Shown here: piece after piece, positions 1 through 8,281 of the stretch | Position numbering within the stretch: position 1 is the stretch's first letter | Layout: each line of letters begins with the position of its first letter | Origin: Pseudomonadota bacterium | GTDB taxonomy: Bacteria > Pseudomonadota > Gammaproteobacteria > Xanthomonadales > Xanthomonadaceae | Reading direction: 5' to 3' | Length of the DNA: 64,000 bases | Assembly (NCBI GenBank): GCA_030528565.1 | Contig: JAUMYP010000002.1 | Coordinates: forward strand, 56,854-120,853 | Program-made: the position numbers and the translations under genes | Notes under the pieces: model-generated | Told to the model about the DNA's origin: nothing | What the model saw: only the letters and a program-made list of their open reading frames with translations | Databases searched by the model: none

Positions 1-251
1 CTGGCGCTGGCATCCACCACCACATCGCCTGCGGAAAAGTCATGTTCTGCCAACCAGTTGCCGCTTGCTGGCGGCGCTTGCCGCAGCCTTTCCAGCACGG
101 CAGCGGCATCTCCCGCCACCGGCAGCAAGCCGCGCGAATTGGCAATCGCGGCAATCGGCGGCAGCCGCACACCCGCCTTCACAAGTCGCGCATGGCGATG
201 CACCAACGCGCTGCCGACCGTGCCGGTACCGAGCAGAATCAGACGTTTCAT
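1..251 (-). CDS. NAD(P)-binding oxidoreductase, homoserine-dehydrogenase-like (N-terminal fragment; runs off window)
   Basis: Minus-strand ATG at 251 overlaps the upstream TGA (ATGA). The translation MKRLILLGTGTVGSALV... has a Rossmann-type GxGxxG N-terminus, as in Hom-like dehydrogenases. Only about 83 aa are visible. Confidence 0.4.
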   Translation of the reverse strand, partial: MKRLILLGTGTVGSALVHRHARLVKAGVRLPPIAAIANSRGLLPVAGDAAAVLERLRQAPPASGNWLAEHDFSAGDVVVDASA

Positions 252-1405
252 GCTGCCACCCTGTCCAGCGCCCTGCGCATGTCAGCCAACAGGTCTTCGG
301 CCGCTTCAATGCCCACCGAAATACGCACCAAGCCATCGCCAATCCCGGCAGCTGCACGCGCCTCGGCGCTCATCGCGGCATGGGTCATGGTGGCCGGGTG
401 GGCAATCAGGCTCTCCACCCCGCCCAGGGATTCGGCCAGGGTGAAATATTCCAGTGCAGCGATAAAAGTGCGCACACTGGCGGCATCGGCCAGTTCGAAA
501 GACAGCATCGCGCCAAAGCCTTGCTGCTGGCGGGCGGCAACCGCATGCCCCGGATGGCTGGCAAGCCCCGGCCAGTGCAGTGCCTTCACCGCCGGATGGT
601 TTTGCAGCAGCTCCACCAGCGCCACGGTGTTTTCTTGATGCACACGCAGGCGCGCGGCCAGGGTGCGCAGCCCGCGCAGGGTCAGGAAGCTGTCAAACGG
701 TGCGCCGGTCAGCCCCAGGGCATTGCCCCACCAAGAGAATTGCTCGTGCAATTCGGCACTGCGGGCAATCAATGCGCCACCCACCACATCGCTATGACCA
801 TTGATGTATTTGGTGGTGGAATGCAGCACCGCATCAGCTCCAAAATCCAGCGGACGTTGCCACAGCGGTGAGAGGAAGGTGTTGTCGGCCACGCTCAAGG
901 CACCGGCGGCGCGCGCCTCGGCAATCACGGTTTCAAGGCAGGTGATGCGCAGCAGCGGGTTGGAAGGGGTTTCAATCCACACCAGTTTCGGCTTGCGGGC
1001 AAAGGCGGCCTGGCGCGCGGCCTCATCGTTGAAATTGACCGTGAGCAGCTCAAACGCCCCCTTGTTGGCCAGCGCATTGAACAGCCGCCAGCTACCGCCA
1101 TAGCAGTCATGCGGCACCACCAACACATCGCCGGGGGACAGCAGTGCGGCAAGCGCCAGATGGATGGCGGCCATGCCGCTGGCGGTAATCACCCCGCCCG
1201 CGCCGCCTTCAAGCTCGGCCAGCGCCTCCCCCAGCAGGTCGCGGGTGGGATTACCGCTGCGGGTGTAGTCATAGCGGCGTTTTTCGTTGAAACCGGCGAA
1301 ACTGAAATTGGAGGACAACACCAGGGGCGGCGTGACCGCACCAAAAGAAGTGTCGCTATCAATACCGGCGCGCACTGCGCGCGTGGGTAGCTGGGGCTGG
1401 GTCAT
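248..1405 (-). CDS. Cys/Met-metabolism PLP-dependent trans-sulfuration enzyme (cystathionine gamma-synthase/beta-lyase/O-succinylhomoserine sulfhydrylase family)
   Basis: About 385 aa. N-terminus MTQPQLPTRAVRAG, internal TKYINGHSDVVGG (PLP-lysine motif of the MetB/MetC/MetZ family). The start lies at 1405 or 1414. Tightly coupled to both neighbours. Confidence 0.8.
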   Translation of the reverse strand: MTQPQLPTRAVRAGIDSDTSFGAVTPPLVLSSNFSFAGFNEKRRYDYTRSGNPTRDLLGEALAELEGGAGGVITASGMAAIHLALAALLSPGDVLVVPHDCYGGSWRLFNALANKGAFELLTVNFNDEAARQAAFARKPKLVWIETPSNPLLRITCLETVIAEARAAGALSVADNTFLSPLWQRPLDFGADAVLHSTTKYINGHSDVVGGALIARSAELHEQFSWWGNALGLTGAPFDSFLTLRGLRTLAARLRVHQENTVALVELLQNHPAVKALHWPGLASHPGHAVAARQQQGFGAMLSFELADAASVRTFIAALEYFTLAESLGGVESLIAHPATMTHAAMSAEARAAAGIGDGLVRISVGIEAAEDLLADMRRALDRVAA

Positions 1406-1406
1406 T

Positions 1407-2138
1407 TCAATCATCCAAAGCAGTATTGAGGACGGCGGCAATCGCCGTGGTTTCTTTCAAATAGGCCGCATGGCCGTGTGCGGAGGCGATTTTTTGCAGC
1501 CACGCATCGGGCGCACGCACCGCCAGCTCCGCCAGCGCCCTTGCAGGCGCCAAGGTATCACCTTCCACGGCAATCACTGACAACGGTACAGCAATTTTTT
1601 CAGGTAAAACTTCGTGGCCGTGGATATTGATACCGGCCTTGGCCCATTGCCCGCTACACAGCGCATGCGCACCGCTGATGGCGATGACACGCCCGGCCAG
1701 GCGGGCATGGCGCGCGGCAAACTGCAAACCCACCAGCGCCCCGTAAGAAGCACCGATGAAAGCGCGCGCAGGTGGCAATGCCAGCGCCTTGCAAACCGCC
1801 GCAATGGCATCGGCCTGGGCGGCGGTACTGGCGTTCTCCAGCCAGTTGATGGCCAGCACCCGGTAACGGCCAAGCAGGCCAGCATGCGCCTGCCACCAGC
1901 CGGGTGTCGCATGCAAATCATTGCCGCATACATGGCGGCCTTCAGCCACGCCACCTGCGACAATCAGCAGCGGCGCATCAGCGCGACCGGCCAGCTCCCA
2001 GGCAATGCTGGCTTCCCGCCCGTCTATTTCACAGTGCAATTCCCCGCACCGGCTATGCGGCGCAGGCGGCCAATCCGCAGCGAGCTGACACGGAGCCTGG
2101 AGGGATTCGGCATTGTAAAAACTGGCAAGCAAACTCAT
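1407..2138 (-). CDS. alpha/beta-fold hydrolase
   Basis: GASYG nucleophile elbow (G-x-S-x-G). About 244 aa from the start MSLLASFYN. Its stop overlaps the start of the downstream PLP enzyme. Confidence 0.55.
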   Translation of the reverse strand: MSLLASFYNAESLQAPCQLAADWPPAPHSRCGELHCEIDGREASIAWELAGRADAPLLIVAGGVAEGRHVCGNDLHATPGWWQAHAGLLGRYRVLAINWLENASTAAQADAIAAVCKALALPPARAFIGASYGALVGLQFAARHARLAGRVIAISGAHALCSGQWAKAGINIHGHEVLPEKIAVPLSVIAVEGDTLAPARALAELAVRAPDAWLQKIASAHGHAAYLKETTAIAAVLNTALDD

Positions 2139-2403
2139 GACAGGACTCCCTGGGCAATCGAGTCCTGCGGTTGCAAACGTCGGGCGGCGCAATGCGCAGC
2201 TCAACCATCTGCGCGGTGAAGGCGTCACCGCAGGAATTGGCACCTTCGGGAACATCCCGGGTTGCCTCGGCTTCAAAGGGCCTGTCCCTCCGCCGATCTC
2301 GATGGATGCCGCGCAGCTTGCCAGCCGCCCCGGAAAAAGTCAATCTCTTTATGCGAATGAAAAGATTTTTGTTTGCCACACACAATCCGGCGATACTGCC
2401 GCG

Positions 2404-3231
2404 ATGTTTTTCCGCACCTCACTCACTCTGACCTGTCTGCTGCTTGCCGCGATACCAGCCAATACCCCGGCGCAATGGCTATCCTGGCCGCCCAAGCCCG
2501 CAGCCGACAGGCGCGCGCCAACACAGCCGCCCGCCGCTGCGCTGCGCCTTGATATCGAAAACCGCCACGGCCTGCGCCGTATCTGGGTGGAAAACAGCCT
2601 ACACGGCCCGGTGCAAGTGCGCATCGAAAACCGCCAGAGGCTGGCCGGTTTCCCCGTGCAGCGCCTCCTCAATGCACCGGGGCGGCATTTGCTGGCCGAA
2701 GTTGCACAGGAGGCCATGCTGGACTTGCAACTCACCGCCATCCCCGGCGCAGCGGCCGAACACCAGTCAGACTATCTGTACCCGTATCCCTTGCAGATGG
2801 ATGACATCCGCATCAGCCAGTTGCCGCGTGGCGCATTCAGCCATCACGATGCGGAAAATCTTGATGCCATCGACTTTGCCGCACCCATCGGCACGCCGGT
2901 TATCGCTGCCCGGGACGGGTTGGTAATGCAGGCCGAGGGCCGTTTCAGCGACCACGGCAGGCAGCGCGATGCCGTCAATCTGGTTCGCATCCTGCACGCA
3001 GATGGCAGCATGGCGGTCTATGCACATTTGCAGCAACACAGCCTGCAAATACGCGCCGGGCAGCATGTCCGCCGCGGTCAGGTCATCGCCCGTAGCGGCA
3101 ATTCCGGCTATTCCACCGCCCCGCACCTGCATTTCGTGGTGCAGGTCAATAACGGCCAGCGGCTGCAATCGGTGCCCTTCCGCATGGACAGCCCCAAGGG
3201 CGAGCTGCGCCTGCCGCGCAACCAGGATTGA
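2404..3231 (+). CDS. M23 family (LytM-domain) metallopeptidase, secreted
   Basis: N-terminal signal peptide MFFRTSLTLTCLLLAAIPA. C-terminal LytM motifs HHDAENLDAIDF...HLHF. Confidence 0.8.
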   Translation: MFFRTSLTLTCLLLAAIPANTPAQWLSWPPKPAADRRAPTQPPAAALRLDIENRHGLRRIWVENSLHGPVQVRIENRQRLAGFPVQRLLNAPGRHLLAEVAQEAMLDLQLTAIPGAAAEHQSDYLYPYPLQMDDIRISQLPRGAFSHHDAENLDAIDFAAPIGTPVIAARDGLVMQAEGRFSDHGRQRDAVNLVRILHADGSMAVYAHLQQHSLQIRAGQHVRRGQVIARSGNSGYSTAPHLHFVVQVNNGQRLQSVPFRMDSPKGELRLPRNQD

Positions 3232-3261
3232 GTTTGCCGGGCAATTCTGCTTGCCCCCATC

Positions 3262-3285
3262 CCGCGCCGTATAATTCGCGCTTTC
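3262..3285 (+). promoter_or_regulatory. candidate sigma70 -10 region (TATAAT) upstream of prfC
   Basis: cgTATAATtcg about 40 nt upstream of the prfC ATG. Confidence 0.3.
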
Positions 3286-3318
3286 GTTTCCAACAGGCGG
3301 CACGCTGCCGCCAGAAGC

Positions 3319-4911
3319 ATGTCCGACATCCAGCAACAAGCCGCAAGGCGGCGCACTTTCGCCATCATCTCCCACCCCGACGCGGGCAAGACCACGCTGA
3401 CTGAAAAGCTGCTGCTGTTCGGTGGTGCGATCCAGATGGCCGGTTCGGTGAAGGGGCGCAAAGCGGCACGGCATGCCACCTCCGACTGGATGGCGCTGGA
3501 AAAGGAACGCGGCATCTCCGTCACCAGCTCGGTGATGCAGTTCCCGTATCAGGGGCGCATCGTCAACCTGCTCGACACCCCCGGCCACGCCGACTTCGGC
3601 GAGGACACCTACCGGGTGCTTTCGGCAGTCGATTCGGCACTGATGGTGATTGACGTCGCCAAGGGCGTGGAGGAGCGCACCATCAAGCTGATGGAAGTCT
3701 GCCGCCTGCGCGATACCCCCATCATGAGCTTCATCAACAAGCTCGACCGCGAGGGCAAGAACCCGATCGAGCTGCTGGACGAGGTGGAAAGCATCCTGAA
3801 AATCCAGTGCGCCCCGGTGACCTGGCCAATCGGCATGGGCAAGCGCCTGCGCGGCGTGGTGCATCTGATTAGCGGCGAGGTGCATCTGTACGAGGCTGGC
3901 AAGAACCATACCCGGCAGGACTCCACCATCTACCCGTCGCTGGACGACCCGCGCGTGCTGGAGGCCATCGGCGCGGACATGCTGGCCGAGCTGCGCGAGG
4001 AGCTGGAACTGGTGGAAGGCGCTTCGCACCCGTTTGACCGCGAGAAATACCTGGCGGGCGAGCAGGCGCCGGTGTTCTTCGGCTCGGCGGTCAACAATTT
4101 TGGCGTTGAGCCACTGCTGGATTTCTTTGTCGAGCATGCGCCACCACCGCAGGCGCGCGCTACCACCAGCCGCACGGTCGAGGCCAGCGAGGAAAAGCTC
4201 ACCGGCTTCGTGTTCAAGATTCAGGCCAATATGGACCCGCAGCACCGCGACCGGGTGGCCTTCATGCGCGTGTGCTCGGGCAGGTTCAGTGCTGGCATGA
4301 AAGCCTTCCAGCCGCGCACCGGCAAGGAGGTCAAACTCGCCAATGCGCTGACCTTCATGGCGTCCGACCGTGAAATCGCCGCCGAAGCCTATCCGGGTGA
4401 TGTCATCGGCATCCACAACCACGGCACGATTGCCATTGGCGATACCTTTACCGAAGGCGAAATGCTGGCCTTCACCGGCATTCCCAACTTTGCCCCGGAA
4501 CTGTTCCGCCGCGCCCGGCTGCGCGACCCGCTGAAGCTCAAACAATTGCAGAAGGGACTGGCGCAGCTCTCCGAAGAAGGCGCCACCCAGTTCTTCCGCC
4601 CGCTGATGAGCAATGACCTGATTCTGGGCGCCGTGGGTGTATTGCAATTTGATGTGGCCGCCTACCGCCTGAAAGACGAATACGGCGTGGATGCCAGTTT
4701 TGAGCCGGTCAGCATCAGCACCGCCCGCTGGGTGCAGTGTGACGACCCCAAAGAGCTGGAAGCCTTCCGTGAAAAGAATGCCGCCAATCTGGCCGTGGAT
4801 GCCGCTGGCGAACTGGTCTATCTCGCCCCCAGCCGGGTCAACCTGCAACTGGCCGAGGAGCGCGCCCCGGCGGTGCAATTCCTTGCCACCCGCGAGCACG
4901 CCCATGCCTAA
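3319..4911 (+). CDS. prfC: peptide chain release factor 3
   Basis: [39 protein letters not shown]...; GTPase G-motifs; 530 aa, collinear with RF3. Confidence 0.95.
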   Translation: MSDIQQQAARRRTFAIISHPDAGKTTLTEKLLLFGGAIQMAGSVKGRKAARHATSDWMALEKERGISVTSSVMQFPYQGRIVNLLDTPGHADFGEDTYRVLSAVDSALMVIDVAKGVEERTIKLMEVCRLRDTPIMSFINKLDREGKNPIELLDEVESILKIQCAPVTWPIGMGKRLRGVVHLISGEVHLYEAGKNHTRQDSTIYPSLDDPRVLEAIGADMLAELREELELVEGASHPFDREKYLAGEQAPVFFGSAVNNFGVEPLLDFFVEHAPPPQARATTSRTVEASEEKLTGFVFKIQANMDPQHRDRVAFMRVCSGRFSAGMKAFQPRTGKEVKLANALTFMASDREIAAEAYPGDVIGIHNHGTIAIGDTFTEGEMLAFTGIPNFAPELFRRARLRDPLKLKQLQKGLAQLSEEGATQFFRPLMSNDLILGAVGVLQFDVAAYRLKDEYGVDASFEPVSISTARWVQCDDPKELEAFREKNAANLAVDAAGELVYLAPSRVNLQLAEERAPAVQFLATREHAHA

Positions 4912-5014
4912 CGGCACTTAAGGCCGCCACAGGCTGGCCTTGTCACTGCGCCCATCAATAGCCGCATGAAGCATCCATTGAAAACAAAAAATTAACCCTG
5001 ATCGCCATTATCAG

Positions 5015-5533
5015 ATGTACGCTCAAAACTCAAGCAATCAGAGAAGATTGATTGAAATGAGCACATCAGGCAATCACGGCAACCAGCCCCGTCCCTTGGG
5101 CACCATTGTTGTTATAGGCCGGGGGTTTTCAATTTCTCTCGGCACTGACTTTGGTGGCTCCGGCATGCATTCGGAGCCGCCATCGCAGCATGCCAGCATT
5201 GGCGATGATTTCTCCAGCAGCGACACTGACAAGAATGAAATCGAAATCAAGGTGGAATTTGAGCGCCCCTTGACTGACGATGAAAAGAAAGCACTTGATG
5301 ATTTGGCCAAATCCATCGCCGAAATCTCCAGGCTGCTTTCCAAACTACCTGCCGATGCCAGGATAAAGCTCAGCGACGGCAAGGAAATCACCGGCCAGGA
5401 GCTCAAGGATATCTGGAGCCGGACGGATTTTTTATTGATGAAAAAGGAACGCCATACAGGAACCGGACAGGCCGTGGAGAAGCCGATTACAACGGAGGAA
5501 ATCCCCGTGTCCGCTTCACGATTGAAACCGTGA
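5015..5533 (+). CDS. hypothetical protein (upstream frame of a split HExxH-protein gene); alternative start at 5057
   Basis: 172-aa ORF in an AT-rich islet with no recognisable domain. A Ser/Asp-rich acidic segment and a KKALDDLAKSIAEISRLL helix. Its 3' end overlaps the frame-1 ORF that carries the HExxH motif. Confidence 0.45.
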   Translation: MYAQNSSNQRRLIEMSTSGNHGNQPRPLGTIVVIGRGFSISLGTDFGGSGMHSEPPSQHASIGDDFSSSDTDKNEIEIKVEFERPLTDDEKKALDDLAKSIAEISRLLSKLPADARIKLSDGKEITGQELKDIWSRTDFLLMKKERHTGTGQAVEKPITTEEIPVSASRLKP

Positions 5534-5850
5534 GCAACTACGCAAGATTGAATAAAAACTCACTAGCAGGCACCAACTATATAGCCCTGCACGAATTGGC
5601 ACATATGACTGCAGCCGGGCGTGCAAACAATCAAGCACATGGGGGGCAACCTGACCACTCCCCGGGCTGGAAAAAAAACGAAAGTCTCGCCAACGATGTA
5701 GCTCATGCGCTTCTCGGCCATGCCGGATTGCCCACCCTGCCTATTGGGGAAAAACAGGGCGGCTTAAGCAACCCGCCGCCGCAAGTCACCTTGCCATCCC
5801 CCCCAGGTGGCGGTGGCGGTGGCGGCCATGATCATCAGGTGATTCACTGA
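5368..5850 (+). CDS. HExxH zinc-metallopeptidase-like protein segment (downstream frame of the split gene; track ORF begins at GTG 5530)
   Basis: Frame 1 is open from 5368. Translation ...PDGFFIDEKGTPYRNRTGRGEADYNGGNPRVRFTIETVSNYARLNKNSLAGTNYIALHELAHMTAAGR...PPGGGGGGGHDHQVIH contains a zincin HExxH motif. Confidence 0.45.
   Translation, partial: AQRRQGNHRPGAQGYLEPDGFFIDEKGTPYRNRTGRGEADYNGGNPRVRFTIETVSNYARLNKNSLAGTNYIALHELAHMTAAGRANNQAHGGQPDHSPGWKKNESLANDVAHALLGHAGLPTLPIGEKQGGLSNPPPQVTLPSPPGGGGGGGHDHQVIH
5428..5434 (+). other. T-TTT-TTA heptamer at the junction of the two frames: candidate -1 frameshift site or homopolymer indel
   Basis: The zero frame reads GAT-TTT-TTA, so the heptamer is phased as X XXY YYZ. 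A -1 slip joins ...KDIWSRTDFL to IDEKGTPYRN...HELAH. Confidence 0.4.
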
Positions 5851-5851
5851 A

Positions 5852-6706
5852 ATGAACAAGTCATTCCTTGCCGCTATCCTGCCTGCACTGCTTTGTATCG
5901 GCTGCGCTTCTTCTCCCTCTACACGCGACGCCATACAATCGCCATCATTATGCGAACCGCCTGAAAGGGCGCTGGAGCATATCACCATTGGCAAGCATAT
6001 TATCGGGGATGCCGTACTGGAAGGGATGCACTTCCCGCCCGGACAACCGCGACCGGAAACCTTGTATGACCAGGGCGAGACCTTTCATTTTGCATCTGCC
6101 TACCAGATGACTGGCGCTTGTTCGCACCGGATCAGCTATTACTCAGGTGCCCCTACCCCAATTTTCTATGTACTGGGCAGCCCAGACACCACACCTCGTA
6201 CTGCCGAGGTATTCATAATGGCAAAAGACAGCCCAACGCCATTTCATATAGAAATCATCGACAAAAAACCATTTTTTTACGACACCACTTATTCAACAGA
6301 CCCCCATCCCCACATCCCTGGCGCCACGTTCAAAATGGCAAGGGAAATCACCACCTTATTCCATGATGAATTGGAGTCAGTAAAAAAACATGGAAAATTC
6401 GAATTACCTCCTGACGGCAGACGCCCCTCTCCCGAGGATCACAAAGTCATGCTCGGGCTTTGGCAGACGCCACAGGGGGCTTTTATCGGCTCCTTCGTGC
6501 AAATGGCCGATGGCCGCTTTGGCCCGGTGATGGAAGAATTCAGCACCCGCTTCCCGGTTGACAGCCTGCTTTACTTTCCCGGCCATAATGCCCCGCTTGG
6601 CACAATCAGTCTTGTCGCCCGGAAAAACGGCGAGACTTGGCTGATCAGCCAGATCTGGTATCACCCAAGATACGAAGAACTGGAACAAATGGTGCTCCAA
6701 CCGTAG
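5852..6706 (+). CDS. putative lipoprotein (candidate cognate immunity/partner protein)
   Basis: [21 protein letters not shown] (signal peptide plus lipobox Cys). The start is coupled to the upstream stop (TGAAATG). No known domain; AT-rich. Confidence 0.6.
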   Translation: MNKSFLAAILPALLCIGCASSPSTRDAIQSPSLCEPPERALEHITIGKHIIGDAVLEGMHFPPGQPRPETLYDQGETFHFASAYQMTGACSHRISYYSGAPTPIFYVLGSPDTTPRTAEVFIMAKDSPTPFHIEIIDKKPFFYDTTYSTDPHPHIPGATFKMAREITTLFHDELESVKKHGKFELPPDGRRPSPEDHKVMLGLWQTPQGAFIGSFVQMADGRFGPVMEEFSTRFPVDSLLYFPGHNAPLGTISLVARKNGETWLISQIWYHPRYEELEQMVLQP

Positions 6707-6810
6707 CAGCAGGCCAGACCGGCGTTCCAAGGCAGGGAGTGTTACGGTCAATGGGATTTTTTCCCCGGTATCCCGGTGGCAAAATGGTGCCCCTTTTGCG
6801 GAGAGCGCCC

Positions 6811-7626
6811 ATGACCTTCATCGACCGCCTACACCAGCGCTGGCAATCGTCCCATTCCCTGCTGTGCGTGGGGCTTGACCCTGACCCGGCACGTTTCCCG
6901 GAGCATTACGCCAATGATGAAGATGCACTGTTTTCGTTCTGCCGCGATATCGCCGATGCCACGGCGGAATATGCCTGCGCGTTCAAGCCACAGATTGCCT
7001 ATTTCGCCGCGCACAATGGTGGCGAATCGGCCTTGCAGCGGCTGATTGCACATATCAATGCAGCGCATCCGGACGTCCCGGTGGTGCTGGACAGCAAGCG
7101 CGGTGATATCGGCAGCACCGCCGCACAATATGTAGTAGAAGCCTTTGACCGCTTTGGGGCCGATGCGGTCACGCTCAATCCCTATATGGGTTATGACAGT
7201 GCCGAGCCGTTCCTCTCTCGTGATGGTCGTGGCTGTGTGTTTCTGTGCCATACCTCCAATCCCGGAGCGCGGGATTTTCAGGAGCTACTGATTGATGGTG
7301 AGCCGCTGTATCAGCATGTGGCGCGCAGCATCGCGGAAAAATGGAATGGCAATGGCAATTGCGCGTTGGTGGTCGGTGCAACCTTCCCCGAAGAACTTGG
7401 CCGCATCCGCACCATTGTTGGCGACATGCCGCTGCTGATTCCCGGCGTCGGCGCGCAAGGGGGCGATGTGGCGGCTGTGGTGAAAAACGGTAAAACCGCT
7501 GATGGCACCGGGCTGATGATCAATTCCTCGCGCGGCATCCTGTATGCCTCAATGGATAGCGACTTCCTCGAAGCCGCCGCCCAGGCTGCCCGCAGCCTGC
7601 GTGACGAAATCAACCGCTATCGCTGA
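6811..7626 (+). CDS. pyrF: orotidine 5'-phosphate decarboxylase (type 2)
   Basis: [25 protein letters not shown]...[14 protein letters not shown], a typical long-form PyrF. Confidence 0.9.
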   Translation: MTFIDRLHQRWQSSHSLLCVGLDPDPARFPEHYANDEDALFSFCRDIADATAEYACAFKPQIAYFAAHNGGESALQRLIAHINAAHPDVPVVLDSKRGDIGSTAAQYVVEAFDRFGADAVTLNPYMGYDSAEPFLSRDGRGCVFLCHTSNPGARDFQELLIDGEPLYQHVARSIAEKWNGNGNCALVVGATFPEELGRIRTIVGDMPLLIPGVGAQGGDVAAVVKNGKTADGTGLMINSSRGILYASMDSDFLEAAAQAARSLRDEINRYR

Positions 7627-7757
7627 GATCACACCAAACGCCTGTCCAAAGGTTCCAAGAACCCGACAGGCAGCGCATCGTGATTACATCGTGCTCCATG
7701 GTGTGGCCGCTGAACTTGTGCACATCCTACGCGCCTCTAAGAGCCTGTTCAAAGGCT

Positions 7758-8234
7758 CTAACACCAGCGCCGTACCCGGCGCAGGTACTGGACATACAAC
7801 TCGCCAAACTTGTGCAGCAGGATGCGTTCCTCCGGCCTGATCTGGAACCAGTGCAGGCAGGCGATGAACAAGGCCACGCCGGGGAGCGCCAGCGGATGCG
7901 CCAGCCATAGCGCCCAGCCGGTCAAACAAAACACCATGCCCAGATACATCGGGTTGCGGCTATGGGCAAAGATGCCGGTCGTGACGAGCTGGCTGGAGCT
8001 ATCCGGCTGCAACGGGTTAAGCGTGGTAGGATGGCGACGGAATGCCAGCACCCCAAGCACAGCAATCAGCACACCTGCTACTATCCACAACCCGGCAAGC
8101 CCCGCGCGCATGGAGATGGGCAGCGGCAGTCGCCATTGCGGAAAAGCCAGTGCGATGCCGTACATCGCCGCCGCCGACAATACCAACCACAGTGGCGGGG
8201 GTAGCTTCAATTGCAGCGTGGACAAAGTAATCAT
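7758..8234 (-). CDS. isoprenylcysteine carboxyl methyltransferase (ICMT)/phospholipid methyltransferase family membrane protein
   Basis: 158 aa from MITLSTLQLKL. C-terminal FAHSRNPMYLGMV...RPEERILLHKFGELYVQY, the ICMT-family signature. Lies 48 nt downstream of pitA. Confidence 0.65.
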   Translation of the reverse strand: MITLSTLQLKLPPPLWLVLSAAAMYGIALAFPQWRLPLPISMRAGLAGLWIVAGVLIAVLGVLAFRRHPTTLNPLQPDSSSQLVTTGIFAHSRNPMYLGMVFCLTGWALWLAHPLALPGVALFIACLHWFQIRPEERILLHKFGELYVQYLRRVRRWC

Positions 8235-8281
8235 GGCAAAAAGCGACTGGCCTGGGCGTTTTAGATGCTGTTTAAAGCCGC

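Noticed and set aside
2767-4917. 716-aa ORF antisense to prfC (and 3108-3524, 3609-4217 fragments)
   Set aside because: Fully overlaps a confidently identified, collinear RF3 gene on the other strand; the translation is low-complexity. A typical high-GC antisense artefact.
4921-4940. Hairpin aggcc...ggcct after prfC as an intrinsic terminator
   Set aside because: Short stem, no downstream U-tract; cannot be supported as a terminator from sequence alone.
5806-5826. Tandem (GGT GGC)3 GGC repeat
   Set aside because: Seven glycine codons at the C-terminus of the HExxH ORF. An in-frame hexanucleotide repeat, too short to be a CRISPR or satellite; only a possible minor length-variation site.
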